A stretch of DNA of 64,000 nucleotides from Escherichia coli (GTDB lineage: Bacteria; Pseudomonadota; Gammaproteobacteria; Enterobacterales; Enterobacteriaceae), in the NCBI RefSeq assembly GCF_013315695.1, contig NZ_CP054353.1; one strand, 5' to 3'. Of the stretch, positions 61,349 through 64,000 are shown one piece after another (position 1 is the stretch's first letter; every line of letters begins with the position of its first letter). The translations under genes were made by a program, and so were the position numbers. Under the pieces are notes generated by a model. It searched no databases, was not told the origin of the DNA, and saw only the letters and a list, made by a program, of their open reading frames with translations.

Positions 61349-61424
<76 letters not shown>

Positions 61425-61469
61425 GTTTAAAAGACATCGGCGTCAAGCGGATGTCTGGCTGAAAGGCCT

Positions 61470-61543
61470 GAAGAATTTGGCGCGTTAACAAAGCGGTTAT
61501 GTAGCGGATTGCAAATCCGTCTAGTCCGGTTCGACTCCGGAAC
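61470..61543 (+). tRNA. cysT: tRNA-Cys (anticodon GCA)
   Basis: GGCGCGTTAACAAAGCGGTTATGTAGCGGATTGCAAATCCGTCTAGTCCGGTTCGACTCCGGAACGCGCCTCCA. Confidence 0.9.
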
Positions 61544-61564
61544 GCGCCTCCACTTTCTTCCCGA

Positions 61565-61651
61565 GCCCGGATGGTGGAATCGGTAGACACAAGGGATTTA
61601 AAATCCCTCGGCGTTCGCGCTGTGCGGGTTCAAGTCCCGCTCCGGGTACCA
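61565..61651 (+). tRNA. leuZ: tRNA-Leu (anticodon TAA)
   Basis: GCCCGGATGGTGGAATCGGTAGACACAAGGGATTTAAAATCCC...GGGTTCAAGTCCCGCTCCGGGTACCA; long variable arm. Confidence 0.9.
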
Positions 61652-61693
61652 TGGGAAAGATAAGAATAAAATCAAAGCAATAAGCAGTGTCGT

Positions 61694-61719
61694 GAAACCA
61701 CCTTCGGGTGGTTTTTTTG
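61694..61719 (+). terminator. Rho-independent terminator after the tRNA cluster
   Basis: gaaaccacc-ttcg-ggtggttt hairpin followed by a T-run. Confidence 0.6.
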
Positions 61720-61846
61720 TGCCTGCAACTTGTCGTTACACCCTCCTTAATTTTTAATCACCGGCAAAGCCACTCAAAAAGTATCTCTGATACGGACCGG
61801 CATGTAAGATAGGTGCTGGCGAGTTGAGATCCACAAGGAAAAGCGT

Positions 61847-62512
61847 ATGAAAACGGGACCGTTAAACGAAAGTGAGTTGGAATGGCTGGACGATATTCTG
61901 ACCAAATACAACACTGACCACGCCATTCTTGATGTGGCGGAGCTGGACGGTTTATTGACGGCGGTGTTGAGTTCTCCGCAAGAGATTGAACCGGCACAGT
62001 GGCTGGTTGCCGTGTGGGGTGGGGCTGACTATGTGCCGCGCTGGGCGTCAGAGAAAGAGATGACGCGCTTTATGAACCTGGCTTTTCAACATATGGCCGA
62101 TACCGCAGAGCGTCTGAACGAATTCCCGGAGCAGTTTGAGCCGTTATTCGGCTTGCGAGAAGTCGATGGCAGCGAGCTGACGATTGTTGAGGAGTGGTGC
62201 TTTGGCTATATGCGGGGCGTGGCACTTTCTGACTGGTCAACGTTGCCCGATTCGTTAAAACCAGCGCTGGAGGCGATTGCGCTGCACGGTACTGAGGAAA
62301 ACTTCGAGCGGGTAGAGAAGATGTCGCCAGAAGCGTTTGAAGAGAGCGTAGATGCTATTCGGCTGGCGGCGCTTGATTTACATGCATACTGGATGGCGCA
62401 TCCGCAGGAAAAAGCTGTTCAGCAACCGATCAAAGCAGAAGAGAAACCGGGGCGTAACGATCCTTGTCCGTGTGGCAGTGGTAAGAAATTTAAGCAGTGC
62501 TGCCTGCATTAA
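61847..62512 (+). CDS. yecA: UPF0149-family protein YecA with C-terminal SEC-C zinc motif
   Basis: 221 aa ending ..[18 protein letters not shown]; matches E. coli YecA. Confidence 0.8.
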   Translation: MKTGPLNESELEWLDDILTKYNTDHAILDVAELDGLLTAVLSSPQEIEPAQWLVAVWGGADYVPRWASEKEMTRFMNLAFQHMADTAERLNEFPEQFEPLFGLREVDGSELTIVEEWCFGYMRGVALSDWSTLPDSLKPALEAIALHGTEENFERVEKMSPEAFEESVDAIRLAALDLHAYWMAHPQEKAVQQPIKAEEKPGRNDPCPCGSGKKFKQCCLH

Positions 62513-62562
62513 GAGGTCACATTGGGTGTCAGCGTTAATTCTGGCACCCAATAAGAATCTAA

Positions 62563-63774
62563 TCACCCCACTTCTGGTAACAAGCCTGCCGCAATCAAAA
62601 ATTGCACGCCAATCACAGCAATACCACAGAGAAACACCACCACCAGCGCCGGACGACCACCTTTCACCCGGTAACCCGCCTGAGGATTGTGCTTCCTGCT
62701 TTGCCAGGTCAACAGCGAAGGGATAATCAATGCCAGTACCGCCAGTGCCACACCGGCGTAACCCAGCGCCATCACAAATCCTCGTGGATAAAACAGTGCA
62801 AACGCCAGTGGCGGCAGAAAGGTAATTGCACCAGTTTGCAATCGTCCACCAACGGTATTTGAACGCTGAAACAAATCTGCCAGATAATCAAATAAGCCTA
62901 ACGCTACGCCGAGGAAGGACGTGGCGAGGGCTAAATCAGCAAATAAATGCACTGCCAGCTCAACATGCGGAGAGGCCACCATTTCGCGTAACGCCTGTAA
63001 CAGCCCGTTTAATCCGGCATGATTAGCCAGCAATCCCATAAAGGTTGTTGAATCAATGCTGCCAAGGGTCGCCAGCTGCCAGAAAATATATGCCACCAGG
63101 GGGATCGCACTACCGATTATAAACACCCAGCGTAGCTTACGAATGTTGCCATCCATATAGCTGACAATACTCGGCACGCTACCGTGAAAACCAAACGACG
63201 TAAAAATCACCGGGATTGCAGACAGTGCCAGTCCCTGTTGCAACGGCAGGGTTAAAAGATTCACTTTGTGAATATGCGGTAGCAGCAATACCAGCATCAC
63301 CACCAAAAAAATAATTTTGGCGCTGAACAGAAAACGGTTAAATAAATCGACCAGCGAAGTTCCGACACAAACCACGCCACCGGCAACAAAAGTGAACAAC
63401 AGCACGCCAGCGGTTGCCGACATTGAAATACCTGTCCAGTCGCTGATGCTGGAGGCCAACAATTCACCGGCACCGCTGATGTATGCCGCAGTCAGAGCAT
63501 ACATTAAGAACATCATACTGAAGCCCGTCAGCCACTGACCGTAGCGTCCCAGATAGCGTTTTGCCAGCGTGCCCAGACCGGTATCTGCCGGGACATGCTG
63601 GTACACCTCCAGCAGTAATAGCGCCGTGTAGCACATCAATGCCCAAAGCCCAATTAACAAGATTAACGTGACGCTAAAACCAACACCTGCCGCAGCCAGC
63701 GGCATTGCCAGCATACCAGCGCCAATTGTGGTTCCCGCCACGATAAAAACACTTCCCAGAGTTCTGTTTTTCAC
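62563..63774 (-). CDS. tyrP: Tyrosine-specific transport protein TyrP
   Basis: 403 aa [33 protein letters not shown].. polytopic permease matching E. coli TyrP. Confidence 0.85.
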   Translation of the reverse strand: MKNRTLGSVFIVAGTTIGAGMLAMPLAAAGVGFSVTLILLIGLWALMCYTALLLLEVYQHVPADTGLGTLAKRYLGRYGQWLTGFSMMFLMYALTAAYISGAGELLASSISDWTGISMSATAGVLLFTFVAGGVVCVGTSLVDLFNRFLFSAKIIFLVVMLVLLLPHIHKVNLLTLPLQQGLALSAIPVIFTSFGFHGSVPSIVSYMDGNIRKLRWVFIIGSAIPLVAYIFWQLATLGSIDSTTFMGLLANHAGLNGLLQALREMVASPHVELAVHLFADLALATSFLGVALGLFDYLADLFQRSNTVGGRLQTGAITFLPPLAFALFYPRGFVMALGYAGVALAVLALIIPSLLTWQSRKHNPQAGYRVKGGRPALVVVFLCGIAVIGVQFLIAAGLLPEVG

Positions 63775-63853
63775 GCTTTCTTCTGTCCTGACGATCTTTA
63801 TGAGTGATATCTGCGGCGCAGGTTAAGGCATAACGGCTGATTCGTCAAACCGA

Positions 63854-63883
63854 CGTTACATATGTTGTAAATATAAATGTACA
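63854..63883. promoter_or_regulatory. TyrR box(es) in the tyrP promoter region
   Basis: TGTAAATATAAATGTACA (TGTAAA-N6-TTTACA-like) plus an overlapping GTTACATATGTTGTAAA element upstream of tyrP. Confidence 0.5.
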
Positions 63884-63963
63884 ATAAAAAGCGTTCAGTT
63901 CTGCGCTGGCGCAAAGTCTTCATAAGCGGCAATCGCTACGCTAGGCTTTTTTTGAGGAGGAAC

Positions 63964-64000
63964 GATGGACTCTATTCACGGTCACGAAGTGTTAAATATG
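63964..64000 (+). CDS. 5' end of a CDS continuing beyond the window (unidentified)
   Basis: ATG preceded by gaggagg RBS; reads MDSIHGHEVLNM then window ends. Confidence 0.35.

Overview
Enterobacterial (E. coli/Shigella-type) chromosome segment in which a ~37.5 kb Mu-like transposable prophage (586..38076) is inserted into the diguanylate cyclase gene dgcQ (yedQ). The prophage has TGAT...ATCA termini with matching internal motifs and is flanked by a 6-bp direct repeat ACTGGT. It looks intact: a leftward early operon (ner-like, DDE transposase, AAA+ transposition ATPase, Gam, GemA-like, Mor-like), a rightward repressor gene, a lysis cassette, a Mu-type head and contractile-tail module, and a Gin-type invertible tail-fibre segment. 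The most interesting region is an uncharacterised accessory module (10478..12650) translationally coupled to the repressor gene, which I flag as a candidate lysogen-expressed exclusion/defence system; this is inference, not a family match. Right of the prophage lie yedP, dsrA, yodD, dsrB, rcsA, then an IS1 copy without target duplication sitting where K-12 carries fliE-fliR and neighbours, then yedK-yedF-yedE-yedD-amyA, fliTSD, fliC, fliAZ, tcyJ-dcyD-tcyLN, sdiA, yecF, uvrY-uvrC-pgsA, tRNA Gly-Cys-Leu, yecA and tyrP. All identifications come from reading the translations and motifs against remembered protein families; no database search was run.
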